A stretch of DNA of 64,000 nt from positions 32,922,001-32,986,000 of the forward strand of contig OX597829.1 in NCBI GenBank assembly GCA_951406725.2, in the 5' to 3' direction. The notes below the pieces were generated by a model, which made no database searches, was not told where the DNA came from, and worked only from the letters and a program-made list of their open reading frames with translations. Source of the DNA: Octopus vulgaris. Lineage: Eukaryota. The position numbers were made by a program, and so were the translations under genes. Positions 49,900 to 62,090 of this stretch are shown piece after piece (the first letter of the stretch is position 1; each line of letters starts with the position of its first letter).

Positions 49900-51032
49900 T
49901 GATGTTAATATTCATAGCGTTCCATAAGTATATTTCTCTATGGCGTTATATACTGTAGTTCGGATTTGTGTATAATGATAACACTTAAGTTATAAGTGAC
50001 GTTTTAATCATTATATACACCCTTATTCAAAAAGCCAAATAAAATAATCTATTTCCCAATAGGAAACATAATAAATAGCATTACATTACTGTAACAAAAC
50101 TAAATAGAGAATCTACTATAATAATATAACCTAAGAGAGAGCTCACGATAGATTAATATCGCTAAAGGAAAATTGGTGACCCTCGTGAGTCTATATTAAA
50201 TAATAAATTGGTGAACCTTTGAGTTCATATAAAATAAGATAAAATGGTGAACCCTCATGTAACCAGAAAAAAATTGGTGAACCCTCGTGTAACCAAATAA
50301 TAAAATTGGTGACCTTTGTGTAACCAGACTATAAGAAAACTGGTGAAACCTCATGTGTCCCGATAATAAGAAAACTGGTGACAACAACGAAAACATTTTT
50401 TTTTTAAATAAAAAAATTATAAACACCATTTGGTTAGCACAACTGGAGGCAAGCTTTAAAGCTAACCGAATTACAAATGAAGAACAAAAATACAATATAA
50501 TGCTGAGCAATTTACCTCCACCTCTAAGTAATGAAATTAGAGATTTGCTACTAAACCCTATCGAACCAGTTTCCTATTCTTCCAATAAAGAAGAAATATT
50601 GAAACGAACTTCAAATTCGAAACAAAAAGAGTTTGCGAAGTTATTTAACAATGAAGAATTGGGAAATAAAAAACCCACACAACTTCTGCGAAGGATGAAT
50701 GAACTTCTGGGAGATCAGTAGATAGAAGAATCTTTTCTCAAAGAAGTGTTCTTCACTAAATTGCCATATAAAACTCAAACTTTGCTTTCGGCCATTAAAA
50801 ACCAAAACTCTATTCAACAGTTGGCAGATTTAGCAGACGGTATTCTGGATTTATCGTCAAGAGAGTCTGTGAATGCAATTCCATCTATTTCGAATGAAAC
50901 GAAAAACAATTCGAGTTATTAACAGAAAAAAATCGAAAGTATATTTCTCTATGGCATTATATACTGTATTCGGATTTGTGTATAATGATAACACTTAAGT
51001 TATAAGTGACAATAGATTAATACCGCTATAAC
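49900..51032 (+). mobile_element. Deleted Gypsy-like LTR element: LTR, PBS array, gag fragment, partial LTR
   Basis: Direct repeat 49928-50000 / 50938-51010; tggtgaccc PBS; gag WLAQLEASFKANRITNEEQKY..ELGNKKPTQLLRRM. Confidence 0.75.
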
Positions 51033-51049
51033 AGTATGACAGAGGATGA

Positions 51050-51905
51050 TACATCAGTACCAATGAGGCATTTTGCTGCATCTTCTATTTTCCCATTCAT
51101 GAGAGGCACCCAACCATCATTCATCTAAGTGTCCATCTAGAGAATGGCCACAGAGTTATCTTTACAAAACAAAAAGCACTTTCTCCAAAAGAAACTACAC
51201 TAACTGCCTTTTTTTAAGTTGTATCAAGTAGATGAAGATTCAAGAAAACTCCTTTACCCACAATTACCCAAGTATTACACCTGGAGAAACAATAAATGGC
51301 ACAAGATGAAACAGGCTGATGCTATTGCAAGAGTTTACAGTGTCCCCACCCCTGCCAAGCCAAGCAGAATGCTACTACTTACGGTTCCTTTTGCATGAAG
51401 TACATAGTCCCAAATCATTTAAAGATTCAAGGAGGATAAATGGTCATGTGTGTGAAACTTATAGGGAAGCATGCTATCAACAAGGATTTTTTTTTAGAAA
51501 ATAATGAGCACTGGGACCTTGCATTAACTGAAACATCTGTATCAGATTTTCCAAGGAAACTCTGTAAACTTTTTGTAATTATACTGAACATGTGTCAACT
51601 TGGCAGTTCCCTACAGCTTTGGATGAAATATTGTGATGACATAGCTGAAGACATGAAGTATGCAATTCAACAGGCAAACCCAGACATCAATATTCAGTTC
51701 TCTGAAACAATTTTTAACCAAGCACTGATTGAAATTGAGGATCAAGTTTTGGCCATGGACTGCCAAAAACAAACAATAAATTTGTAATTTAACTTCAAGA
51801 GATAACAAGAAAGGCAAATTATGACATCACAGACTTGGCTGCATTTATGAATGAACATGAACCTAAACTTCTTCCAGAACAATGCTGTGCATATGATCAA
51901 ATTTT
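51050..51905 (+). pseudogene. Helitron RepHel central-region fragment
   Basis: FPIHERHPTIIHLSVHLENG, ECYYLRFLLHEV, CETYREAC. Confidence 0.8.
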
Positions 51906-52017
51906 TCATTTTTTATTATTGCTATTATTTTTTTGTATCATGAATTCAGAATTGATATCCCAATTGAAGAATAAATTGAATTTAGAATAACAAATTTCTA
52001 CATACACACACTATAAG

Positions 52018-52086
<69 letters not shown>

Positions 52087-52299
52087 AGTACACACAAAGG
52101 TACCACATGAGTGCCTACATCGCTAAAAATAGAAGTCAAAAATACTTCTGTACCACAGAATAGTCATAAATCTAATACAGGCATGGTAAGAATAAATTCC
52201 AGTGAACATTAAAAATATCTTACCTCTATCCCTTTCTTTTATATATTACATTTTATGAGGATGTAAAACTCTGTCTTTCTTCAACTTCTCTTTTTCCCT

Positions 52300-53140
52300 A
52301 CTCTCTGACTAAGGATTGCATCCGAAACATTGGATATTCTACTCCTCACAGCAAGTTCACTGTACCTCTTTCAAATTTTTCTATTTTTTTCAAGCCTTGC
52401 TGACGCAAAGCTACACAAGATTCCTTGAACTTTGCCTGATTATACCCAATCACTAAATTCTGCAAACTGCCTTTCTCACTTATGCCTACACTTAAATGTC
52501 TCAACACACAGTTGCACCACACTTTTAAGGCTTTTCTTCTTTCTTTCTTCCTCTCTGCTGACAGCTACCATATCACTTTTAGATATTCTAATTTCATTTT
52601 CAAGAAAACTCATTATTGCAGCCATTTGAACTTTTTGGGATGCTGTCTGCACCTTAATTTCAAACCACACTGCTTCAAACTGAATTTCCATCTTCCTTCA
52701 GACAGCACAACTCTACTCAATATCCTCTGAAATCACCAACATCCTTGCTTCTACTTCCAAACAACTCATGAGAGCAACCACCTGCACCCTATACACCCAG
52801 TACAACCACATCACACAGGAAATCCCCCACTACCATTCTCTTCTCACTGCTCTTTGCACAACCACAACTTCAGGCCATACTCCTTCAGACATGCCACCTC
52901 AATAGCAAACTGTATGACTTCCTTGTTGCACAAAAGACACACAATATTCACTCACTTATCCCCCACCATTCCACTTCTCCTGCCTTGCTCTATACCATCC
53001 TGAGCAATTTACTATTCACTCATGCTGAACGAGCTTAGCAGAGGTTATAATTTCATTCCTGTCAAAAACACATCCTATGAATTTGACACACATGCTGATA
53101 CAAAAAGTTTCCTCCGTCGCATCCAACTCAGAATTTTTCT
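52300..53140 (+). pseudogene. Penelope-like element 5' fragment
   Basis: LSRGYNFIP..KSFLRRIQLR near 53035-53135; degenerate hammerhead-like ctgactaaggat..atccgaaac at 52305. Confidence 0.5.
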
Positions 53141-53147
53141 ATAATAA

Positions 53148-53626
53148 TGTAACGTGCAGCCTTTCAAATAGTGGCGCCAATTTGTAACAGCTGGCAATAT
53201 GACATAACGTCATATTGCCAAGGAAATATGATTATTATTTTCCCATTAGTTGAAATAACTGCTCATATAGGAATTCTGAAAATTAGTAAAAGAATATTTT
53301 TATAAGATTTCCATTCTTTAAAGTCAAGATGAGCAGTTAAAAAACCCTGGATTTGGGGGGAAAACTTTAGTGTTTGTGGGATGTTACTAAACTCCATGAC
53401 ACTCACTCTTTGAAATATTGGCTATTTTTTATGCCATGTCTTTGATAAAAATCCAACAAAACTTATTTGAATTGTTGTGAACTCTAGTAGTTAGTATGAA
53501 GGATTAGCTAGTGCGACTTTTAAGTCGTAATTCTCTACGACAAAATGACTTTACTTTCCAATTGTACTATAAATGCTAAATGTACATAAGTAAACTAATG
53601 TAGTAATTATTTTCTCTTTCTTCACA
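53148..53626 (+). repeat. Second full copy of the ~475-bp TG...CA repeat
   Basis: Colinear with 29410-29886. Confidence 0.7.
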
Positions 53627-54812
53627 TTTTATATAAATACCACATGGTGGTATTTATATAAAATGTTATACAAGCAGAGGCACCCGGCGTTGCTCGGAAA
53701 TGAAATAATTGTGTTGGCTCGAAGACAGTATTAACCTCCTGCAGGCCACCGTCACTGAAAACAAGAACTGGACAGGACAGACACTGAACATTATTCTACA
53801 AACTGAACAAAAAATTCTAGAACAACTCCCCGAAATTGTAGAAGTGGGGGAGGAAGTGCTAAACATTTTTGTTGAGTGGCGTAAGCCCTGATGTTTCCAG
53901 TGTGGCCAATTAGGTCACATCAAAAATACTGTAAAGAAGTAGAAGAGTCAGAGGGTGAGGAGGAAGAAAAAGAAAAAGAACAAGAGGAAAAAAAAAATAA
54001 TAAAAGGAAGATGGAAAGAGCAAACCAGCAGAAGCAGAACGAGCTAAGACCGAAAAAGATGCCAAGAGAGACAGACCGAAGAAGGCGGGAAGAGTGGTGA
54101 AGAGAAAAATAGCAGCTCTATATAGTAAAAACCAAGATCTTATGAGAGAAATAAAAGCTAAGAAATCAGCAACAAGAATAATGGAACTGTCTGAAAAATA
54201 CGAAAATTACGAATTTTATGAAATGGACGATAAGACATACAATAGGTTGTCTAATACTTATAGGAAATCAGTATCAACGTAGAGACCCGATTTCCATCAA
54301 ACCATGTTTGAAGGTCTACCAACTCCAACCCCAAGTTAAGAAAAGGTGGAGGACTCCCCTCCACAAGACACTCCGATCTAAAATGTAAGACATGTCTATT
54401 CACATTGGTTGTTTAAATGTTCATGGCCTGATGTCAAGCTGGAAGCAAGGTCGCTTTTTAAATGACATCAGGTCGAGAAATTTGGATGTAATTGTTGCAA
54501 TGGAAACCCGGGTGAAGGGGCCAAGAGATCTGCTCCCCCTCCTGAACGGCTACGAAAAATACGTTTCTCTGAGTCGGGCGGGAGGTGGGGTATTGGTCCT
54601 ACTAAAAAGAGACCGGGTAGCCAAGAAAAAGTTGGTTTTTTTCTGACTCGGAAGGCAAGCTGGTCGTTCTGGACCTGACATTCAGTTATGGCAAGATAAT
54701 CAGGCTGGTGGCTATTTACGCACCAAATATTACTGGCCCGCAAACTGATTATTTTCGTGACCTGGGAAAGTTCTTAGCCACATCACATTTGTTAGTACTG
54801 TTAGGAGACTTT

Positions 54813-55572
54813 AAATGGCCAGCTAAGACTTTAACTTTCAACCTGTTTCATTCATATTTTTAAGCGTTCCTACGAATTATATTCAAACTCATTGTTCCTA
54901 CGAATTATATTCAAACTCGTTAAACCAGCGGACGATCATGTTCCCTCCCTCATACTCGCTGCATCTTCCTGACAAAACACGGATTTTCAGAAAAACGGCC
55001 AGCTAAGACTTTAACTTTCCTACGAATTATATTCAAACTCGTTGCTTCGAGGTTCGCCCGCCCTCCCACCCCCTCCACCAATACCGGAAATTTCTACACC
55101 AATACCGGAAGTTTCTACACCAATACCGGAAGTTTCTACACCAATACCGGAAGTTTCTACACCAATACCGGAAGTTTCTACACCAATACCGGAAGTTCCT
55201 ACATCAATACCGGAAGTTTCTACCCCTGTCTTACTTGACTATCCCCTCCTGAGTATACCCCCACTCGCACCTCTATGTAGGGTTTATTTGATCATATAGC
55301 ACAGCGCCGCCTCGACTGGCTTCCATGCCGGTGGCACGTAAAATGCACCAATCCGACCGTGGATGTTGCCAGCCTCGCCTGGCACCTATGCGGGTGGCAC
55401 GTAAAAAGCACCCACTACACTCACGGAGTGGTTGGCGTTAGGAAGGGCATCCAGCTGTAGAAACATTGCCAGATAAGACTGGAGCCTGGTGCAGCCTTCT
55501 GGCTTCCCAGATCCCCGGTCGAACCGTCCAACCCATGCTAGCATGAAGAACAGACGTTAAACGATGATGATG
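54813..55572 (+). mobile_element. Non-autonomous retroposon with RTE 3' tail (family of 10234-10687)
   Basis: Duplicated 5' modules, 21-bp repeats, RTE-type tail with (GAT)n. Confidence 0.85.
55078..55223. repeat. 21-bp tandem repeat ccaataccggaagtttctaca x~7
   Basis: Direct periodicity; two copies also at 10452-10493. Confidence 0.95.
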
Positions 55573-55955
55573 TGCAGCACACACAGATTGTGTTGGCTCG
55601 AACCCAAACTTGAATAGAAAATGTAACCAAGGCTTACGAGATCTGCTAAGTCAATTTCAGTTAGCAGATCCATATAGGTTGGAGCACCCGAACACTCCAC
55701 AGTGGACGTGGTCAAATAGTGACTGGTCTTCCAGAACATATATAGATAGGATTTTAATTAGAGAAACAGATAAGTCCATAGTCGAGTGTCCACAGTTTTT
55801 TCTAGTCAGCTACAGTGAACACAAGATGGTTACCTGTAAACTGACAGTAGTTAAGTTGCATAGACAGGGATCTGGCTACTGGAAACTCAATATGTCACTT
55901 TTGGCGATTGAGGAGTACAGAAAGAGGATCAAAAATATTAATACAGAGGGCATTA

Positions 55956-56879
55956 GTGTTTCCAGGATCTGAAAACCTTTGATGAATAGGTATGTGGAAC
56001 ATAGTGGTAGGCCTATTTCAATCACGGGTTGCTAAAAGATGGAGCACAGTGGGATGCAATGCTGCCACAGGCAGCTGCATCAAAGTGCCAGCCTTGGGAG
56101 AGTTTATACAGTCTATCACAGTCAACAGGAGTGTTTCTACCTCAGTCTTTTACTGCACGAGGTCAGAAGATCAACATGTTTCCATGACCTGAAAACTTTT
56201 GATGGCAAGGTATGTGGGAAATACAGGAAGGCCTGCTTCAAGCATGGTTTGCTAGAAGATGGGGCAGTGTTATGCAACGCTGGCAGAGGCCACTGCATCA
56301 AAGTCCCTTGAAAGCCTCAGGGCATTCTTTGCAGTGATATTGCAAACATGCATGTTATGAGATCCCAGTTCTTTGTGGCTGAAGTAAATGGAAGTGAAAA
56401 GGGAGATGCATACTGAGGATTTGCCTTTTTCCATGAGGAGCAGAAATCCCCTTCACTTTCAGGCAGTTGCAATTTCCTGTTCGTGTAAGTCTTGTGCTGT
56501 CCAGCAACAAATCACTGGGGCAAACACATTCAGTTGCAGGACTTCACCTCAACTACTTGTTAACAGCACTGCCAAAGTTGGTAAATTTCTACAGTTTTGT
56601 ATGTTCTTACATGTTCTTAAATTTCAATATTCTTCCTTTCTATGTATTTTCATCAATTTCAATTTTTCTAAGAAAAACCAGTATTTTTCTATATTCCTAT
56701 GGTTGTGACATACTTCAAAAATATTTTCTAGGTTTTTGTGAGTTTTGGTGCATTTTGTCATGGAGTTATGTACGTTTTTCAAAGAAGCTTCAGCAATGCT
56801 GGTCATTAGAATAGAAACTAAGTGTTCTTATAATGACATAACATTCACACTCTGAGCAATGCCAGGTACCTCTGCTAGT
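55956..56879 (+). mobile_element. Helitron fragments with 3' terminus
   Basis: LGRVYTVYHSQQECFYLSLLLHEV; helicase remnants; ends gagcaatgccaggtacctctgCTAG|T. Confidence 0.7.
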
Positions 56880-57394
56880 AAAAAAATAAAAATAAGATTA
56901 ATAGTAATTGGGAACAGTGGGAAGAAGAGTTAAGTCCATCAAGAATAAGGAAATGGAATGTTTTTGAGTGGTCAGAATTGTGTTCTTGTCAAAAGATGAC
57001 CTGTGTGGTGTTTATTGATTCAGTTCTCACAGGTGGTATGGTGTACACACACACACACACACACACACATGTATATATACACACATATACACATACTAAT
57101 ATAATTATATGCCTCTTAACCTTTATACCTTTTGTATGTACACATATATATGCATACATGCATGCATACATACACAGGAATTGAAGCTATAAATTTCTGG
57201 TTAACAAAACCCGAATCATATCAGGGAAAGATACTCAAAAACCTTTATTTTAGAAGGATTAAAATTAATACTGGAAAATAATCACTTCAACAACTTCTAT
57301 TTACAAATAAAAGGAACAGTGATGGTGACAAAAGTAGCCACAACCAATGCAACACTCATGATGGGTTTCTTAGGTCAAACTATTCCCAACTAAC

Positions 57395-57640
57395 ATCATC
57401 ATCATTGTTTAACGTCCACTTTCCATGCTAGCATGGGTTGGATAATTTGACTGAGGTCTGGCGAACCAGATGGCTGCACCAAACTCCAATCTGATCAGGC
57501 AGAGTTTCTACATCTGGATGCCCTTCCTAACGCCAACCACTCCGAGAGTGTAGTGGGTGCTTTTACGTGCCACGGGCACGAGGGCCAGTCAGGCGGTACT
57601 GGCAACGACCACGTTCAAATGACCGTTGCCAGTACCACCT
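57395..57640 (-). mobile_element. RTE-tail short retroposon, minus strand
   Basis: catcatcatc..ggatgcccttcctaacgccaaccactcc is the reverse complement of the RTE 3' UTR. Confidence 0.85.
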
Positions 57641-58609
57641 AACTAATATAAACAGTAATGCAATCAAGATGGAAAAACGGGTAATGGGTGTTTATGCCAT
57701 ACTTCAGATGTTGGCTGAAACCTAAGCAACATTGCTGATTGACAGGTAGACCAATGTAGTGATCTCATTCATAGCATGCCCTCCTCCTGGTTCGAAGGCC
57801 TGTGCCACCAAACAGCTGGCTGGCTCTGGCTGCTGGGACTGAAACTAACACGACACTGTTGGAAGGCAGGTTTAGAGAGGGCGCAGGCCAAAACTACGTG
57901 CCCTTCCCCTCCATTGGTCAGTTGAAGCTAAGACAGTGACATGTGACAGCTGGTGCTGGCTGCTGGAGCCTACCAGTGAGTATTTAAAGAGGAATTTGGC
58001 AGGATGGTCATTCGCCCACTGACATTCATTGACACTGCATCAAAGAAACCAAAGAACAAAAGAAAAAAACAGAGAAAGAAAAAACGCACTCAACACCAGA
58101 GCTGAAGACACCTCCAAAAGGTGTAGGGTGGGGATGCCTCATCGAAAACGGTAGTGGAGTAGGGGCTGAAACCAGACATGGTTCCTCCTGATGATGTCTT
58201 TAGCCACTGGATCCTATAAAGGAGCTGTTGAGGTAGCAAACCACAAAACATGGTTGGAATTCCTATGATGTTTCATATATCAATATGTTTAATATAAGCA
58301 ATGCAATCAAAAATGATAAAACGGGTAACAGGTGTATCTGTCATATTTTAGGAGTTCATGCTCCTTCAGCACCACATCCAACCTTTTAACCATCCACAAA
58401 CTCATTGCTTTAATAGAAAGTCTATAGAGACGACCTTAACAAATGATGTAATAGCACTGCTAACACAGTAGAACATGGTATTCGCTTATAAAAGCATTTA
58501 ATATTCTTTATAGTATATTATGGTTGCATAATGAAGTGTGGTGTCCCTACAAGTCATTAATTCTCTGTTTATATTTTTAAATATTTTAACAACTTGTTTC
58601 TATGTTTGG

Positions 58610-58950
58610 GTACCCTTACTAAATATGTTGCAGTCAATTAAGCATGAAGCAACTCTCATCACTTGGTTACGGTATTCAGAATGGCTTGTGCTCTACCCAT
58701 TAGGATTATTTCTAGAAGGCGAGATTATAACAGAAACATGTCAGCTATTAAAATTCATCCCTTCTTGTGTGCTTTGTATCAACTTATTATTATTGCTCGT
58801 CTTTGTTTGAAAGGGAGACTATGTTGTACATTTGCGAACCAGTTATTATCCTCATTATTGCAAAAGTTATATCATTCATCTCATTTTCTTTTTCTTTAAT
58901 CATATTTTAACTTTTAATTTCTATTTTCTTTTTAGGAACTATAGTATTAG
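58610..58950 (+). pseudogene. HACD3: Decayed exons of a very-long-chain 3-hydroxyacyl-CoA dehydratase (HACD3/4, PTPLA family)
   Basis: YPY(fs)MLQSIKHEATLITWLRYSEWLVLYPLGLFLE matches the family motif LTWLRY..W..LYPLG..E; exon 58610-58718 has non-canonical ends (tttgg, gcgag); next acceptor tttag at 58935. Confidence 0.7.
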
Positions 58951-59620
58951 CTTGAGACAGGAGAGTTCATAAGCTTTGAGAGCCAAACAACGTTCTGGGC
59001 AGCTGTTGACAGCCTTGTCAAGCATGGTCCTGACATTCCAGCAGGCAACTTTCAACTCCTGCTTACTTTTCTTCAGTTTTGTTTCCATGTTTGTTCGACT
59101 GCTCTGAAGATGCCCATTGACCGCGGCTAGCCAACTGGGTATAGAGGAGACAAGCTTTGTTTAGGCGGACCTTTTCTAATGCCCCTCTCCATGTGGAGCA
59201 GGCAGTGCTCTCCCTAAATAGGGCTACCTGGTCGCTCAGGATGCTGCTGAGTGGTGTCGGACGCCTCCGGGTCAACAACCAGGCAACCAAAGTTTTGAGC
59301 CACCTACATGTAGGGTTGAGACTACAGCTTCCAGTAACATCTTCCACTTGCCGCTTTCGCCCCTTTCCCATCACTGCAGGGCTTTTAGGATGGCTGGTCA
59401 CAGAAAGTGGACATGTCCTTTGGCCTGCGCCAAGGAGTTTTAAGGTAAAGTGCGGTGCACGCAAACTGGCCCCACCCTTTAAGCACGAGGTTCATCTGCC
59501 ATGGTCTAGCGAGCTGGGATGGTGACAGTGAGATCCTCGGGCCGTAGGTTTGAAGTTGGAGTTATCCTCTCCTGGGAGGGTTGCCAACCATGGCTGACAA
59601 GCCCCTCCTGCCCGTGCCAT
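58950..59620 (-). pseudogene. RTE LINE 5' fragment (5' UTR and APE start), minus strand
   Basis: Reverse strand reads KQELKVACWNVRTML..AYELS; RTE-type 5' motif near 59550-59610. Confidence 0.75.
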
Positions 59621-59661
59621 CCAAACCATGGTGAAAGAGAAAAAAGGATCCATGGTTTTCA

Positions 59662-60291
59662 GTAGGCATATACTACCCGGTTGCCTAGGCCGGAGTAGAG
59701 GGTTAGCTTAGGAGGCCCCACCCGGAGCCTTTGATTAAAAAGTCTATACACAAGGCAGCAGAGCGATATCAGGGAGTCGCACCCATTGATAGACGATGAC
59801 GAGTAGACTAGTTCATACGCCTTTGCTTGGTCATTAACCAAACTGGGGTCCCAATGATCACAAAACTCCATTTGAGCCGTTGACTAAATGGTTCTTCCGC
59901 TTCTTCTGGGATACAATGCCTCGGCTGAGACAGAGGACAGTGACAATACGATATGTACATTTTATATACACAAAGAGAATTTAAAATGCAATATATACAC
60001 CATATGCAGAGTTTTAAAAAAATGCAATACATACAATGCACACACACACACACGCACAAAGCACTCCACACACACGTTGTTGGATATGTTGTAGTTCTTC
60101 CGCCCTTTGACGGCCCTTATTTTTTGTCCTGCAGGGTGTCCAACAAACACCCGCCTCACCAAGCAAGCCTGGTGGGGTTGCCAGTTTAGTCACCAACGAC
60201 CCAACCATGTAACAGGTTGTACTGGACTACATGGTACCAGTAGCACTCAAGTGACCTGACCCATATGTATGTATGTATGTATGTATGTATG
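59662..60291 (+). mobile_element. Probable short retroposon with internal (CA)n and (ATGT)n tail
   Basis: GC-richer non-coding block ending in atgtatgt repeats; single copy in this window. Confidence 0.35.
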
Positions 60292-60299
60292 TCTTTTTA

Positions 60300-62090
60300 A
60301 AGCCAATGGAAAATGTTGCATTCCTCAACTTCCACTCAAAGAGGAGCTCAACAAACCACCCACCCTTGAAGAAATTATTGAAGCCAAAGGATAACTCAAG
60401 AGTCGCAAAGCAGCAGGAGTTGACGGCATCCCACCAGAAATCTGGAAGAATGGAGGTCCGATGCTCCATGACAAGCTCCATGATTTTCTTGTCGGCTGCT
60501 GGGAGCAGAGCAAGCTGCCACAGGATCTTCGTGACACCGTAATCATAACCCTGTACAAGAACAAGGGTGAAAAGTCTGACTACTCCAACTACCAGGGAAT
60601 CACCCTACTCTCCATCGCCGGCAAAGTACTTGCCAGGATCAACCATCGCTAAATAAAACCTCCCCGAGAGCCAGTGTGGCTTCAGAGCCAACAGAGGCAC
60701 GACGGATATGGTGTTCGTCCTCCGCCAACTTCAGGAGAAGTGCCGAGAACAAAACAGGGGACTCTATGCTACTTTTGTCGACCTCACAAAAGCATTTGAC
60801 ACAGTGAGCAGGACAGGACTATGGCTCATCCTGGAACGACTTGGCTGTCCCACCAAGTTTCTACAGATGGTGATCTAGCTGCACGAGAATCAGCGTGGTC
60901 AGATCAGACTCAATGGTGACCTGTCGGAGTCCTTCCCCATCTCCAATGGCATGAAGCAGGGTTGTGTCCTGGCACCGACTCTCTTCAGCATCTTCTTCAG
61001 CATGATGATCAAGCATGCAACTGAAGATATGGAGGATGAGGATGGGGTGTATGTTAGGTATCGTCTGGATGGCGCCTCCAAGCCCACACCAAGACCCAGG
61101 AGAGGCTGATCCGAGACCTTCTCTTCACAGACGACGCTGTCCTTGTCGCCCACACAGAGCGAGCGCTGCAGCGCATCATGTCCTGCTTTGCAGACGCCTC
61201 ACAGCTCTTTGGCCTCGAGTTCAGCCTCAAGAAGATAGAGGTACTTCACCAACCTACACTCCAAGAGGAATACTGCCCACCCCACATCACTATCTACGGT
61301 ACCGAACTGAAATCAACTCAGCAGTTTACATTACTGGGCTGCATCATCTCATTCGATGCAAGGATTGACAAAGAAATTGAAAATAGACTCTCTAAGGCAA
61401 ATAACTCCTTTGGCAGATTGTACAAACGTGTTTGGCACAATAATAACCTGAAGAGCAAAACAAAGATCAGTGTCTACGGGGCCATGGTTCTCACCACTCT
61501 TCTCTATGGCTCAGAGACCTGGGTCACTTACCACAGTCACATCTCTCTCCTCGAGCGCTTCCACCAGCGATGTTTCCGTGCCATCCTCAACATACACAGG
61601 TGTGACTTTATCACAAACATTGGAGTCTTGGAGCGGGCCGAGGTCTCCAGCATTGAAGCCATGCTACTGAAGTCCCACCTCCGATAGGCAGGGAATGTCT
61701 CCAGAATGGAGAACCATCACCTTCCTAAGATTATCCTGTTTGGCGAACTCTCCACCGGCCACCGTGTGAGAGGAGCTCCGAGAAAGCACTACAAAGACTG
61801 CCTCAAGAAGTCTTTAACAGCATGTCATATTAACCACCAATGCTGGTCCGACCTAGCTGCAGACCGTGATGTCTGGTGCCACACAATCTTTAACGCAGTC
61901 AGCAAGTTTGAGGAACATAGAAGAGACTGAGGAGGAAGGCGCAAGCTGCCTCTGACACCACACCGGATGTTACCCTCATCTGTGGACACTGCTCATAGAC
62001 CTGCCTTTCCCATATCGGACTTGTCAGTCATGAGCGTACATGCACGCAACGTGGACTGCCTTCCTGATCTTTGTTCACGAAGCCGAGCCG
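60300..62090 (+). pseudogene. 5'-truncated degraded RTE LINE (RT and 3' end)
   Basis: AGVDGIPPE, GITLLSIAGK, FVDLTKAFDTVSR, KQGCVLAP, FTDD, LLYGSETW; ends cgaagccgagcc. Confidence 0.9.

Larger units (their letters stand above)
53710..55955 (+). pseudogene. Tx1/L1-clade LINE fragment: ORF1 3' part with CCHC knuckle and ORF2 APE endonuclease
   Basis: CFQCGQLGHIK..C at ~53893; ORF2 from 54392 MSIHIGCLNVHGL, METRV, IYAPN, LLGDF, WTWSN, YIDRIL, YWKLNMSLL; interrupted at 54813-55572. Confidence 0.85.

Noticed and set aside
50172-50386. CRISPR-like repeat-spacer periodicity
   Set aside because: Eukaryotic context, very short degenerate repeat, related spacers and no cas genes; explained as PBS copies
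52300-52340. Functional hammerhead ribozyme
   Set aside because: Core reads CTGACTA and the cleavage arm is degenerate; at most a relic
55042-55299. ORF with PIPEVST repeats
   Set aside because: Artefact of a 21-bp tandem repeat in a non-coding retroposon
58950-62090. Single RTE with a twin-priming 5' inversion
   Set aside because: Pieces are separated by another element, about 1 kb of ORF is missing, and no shared TSD could be found
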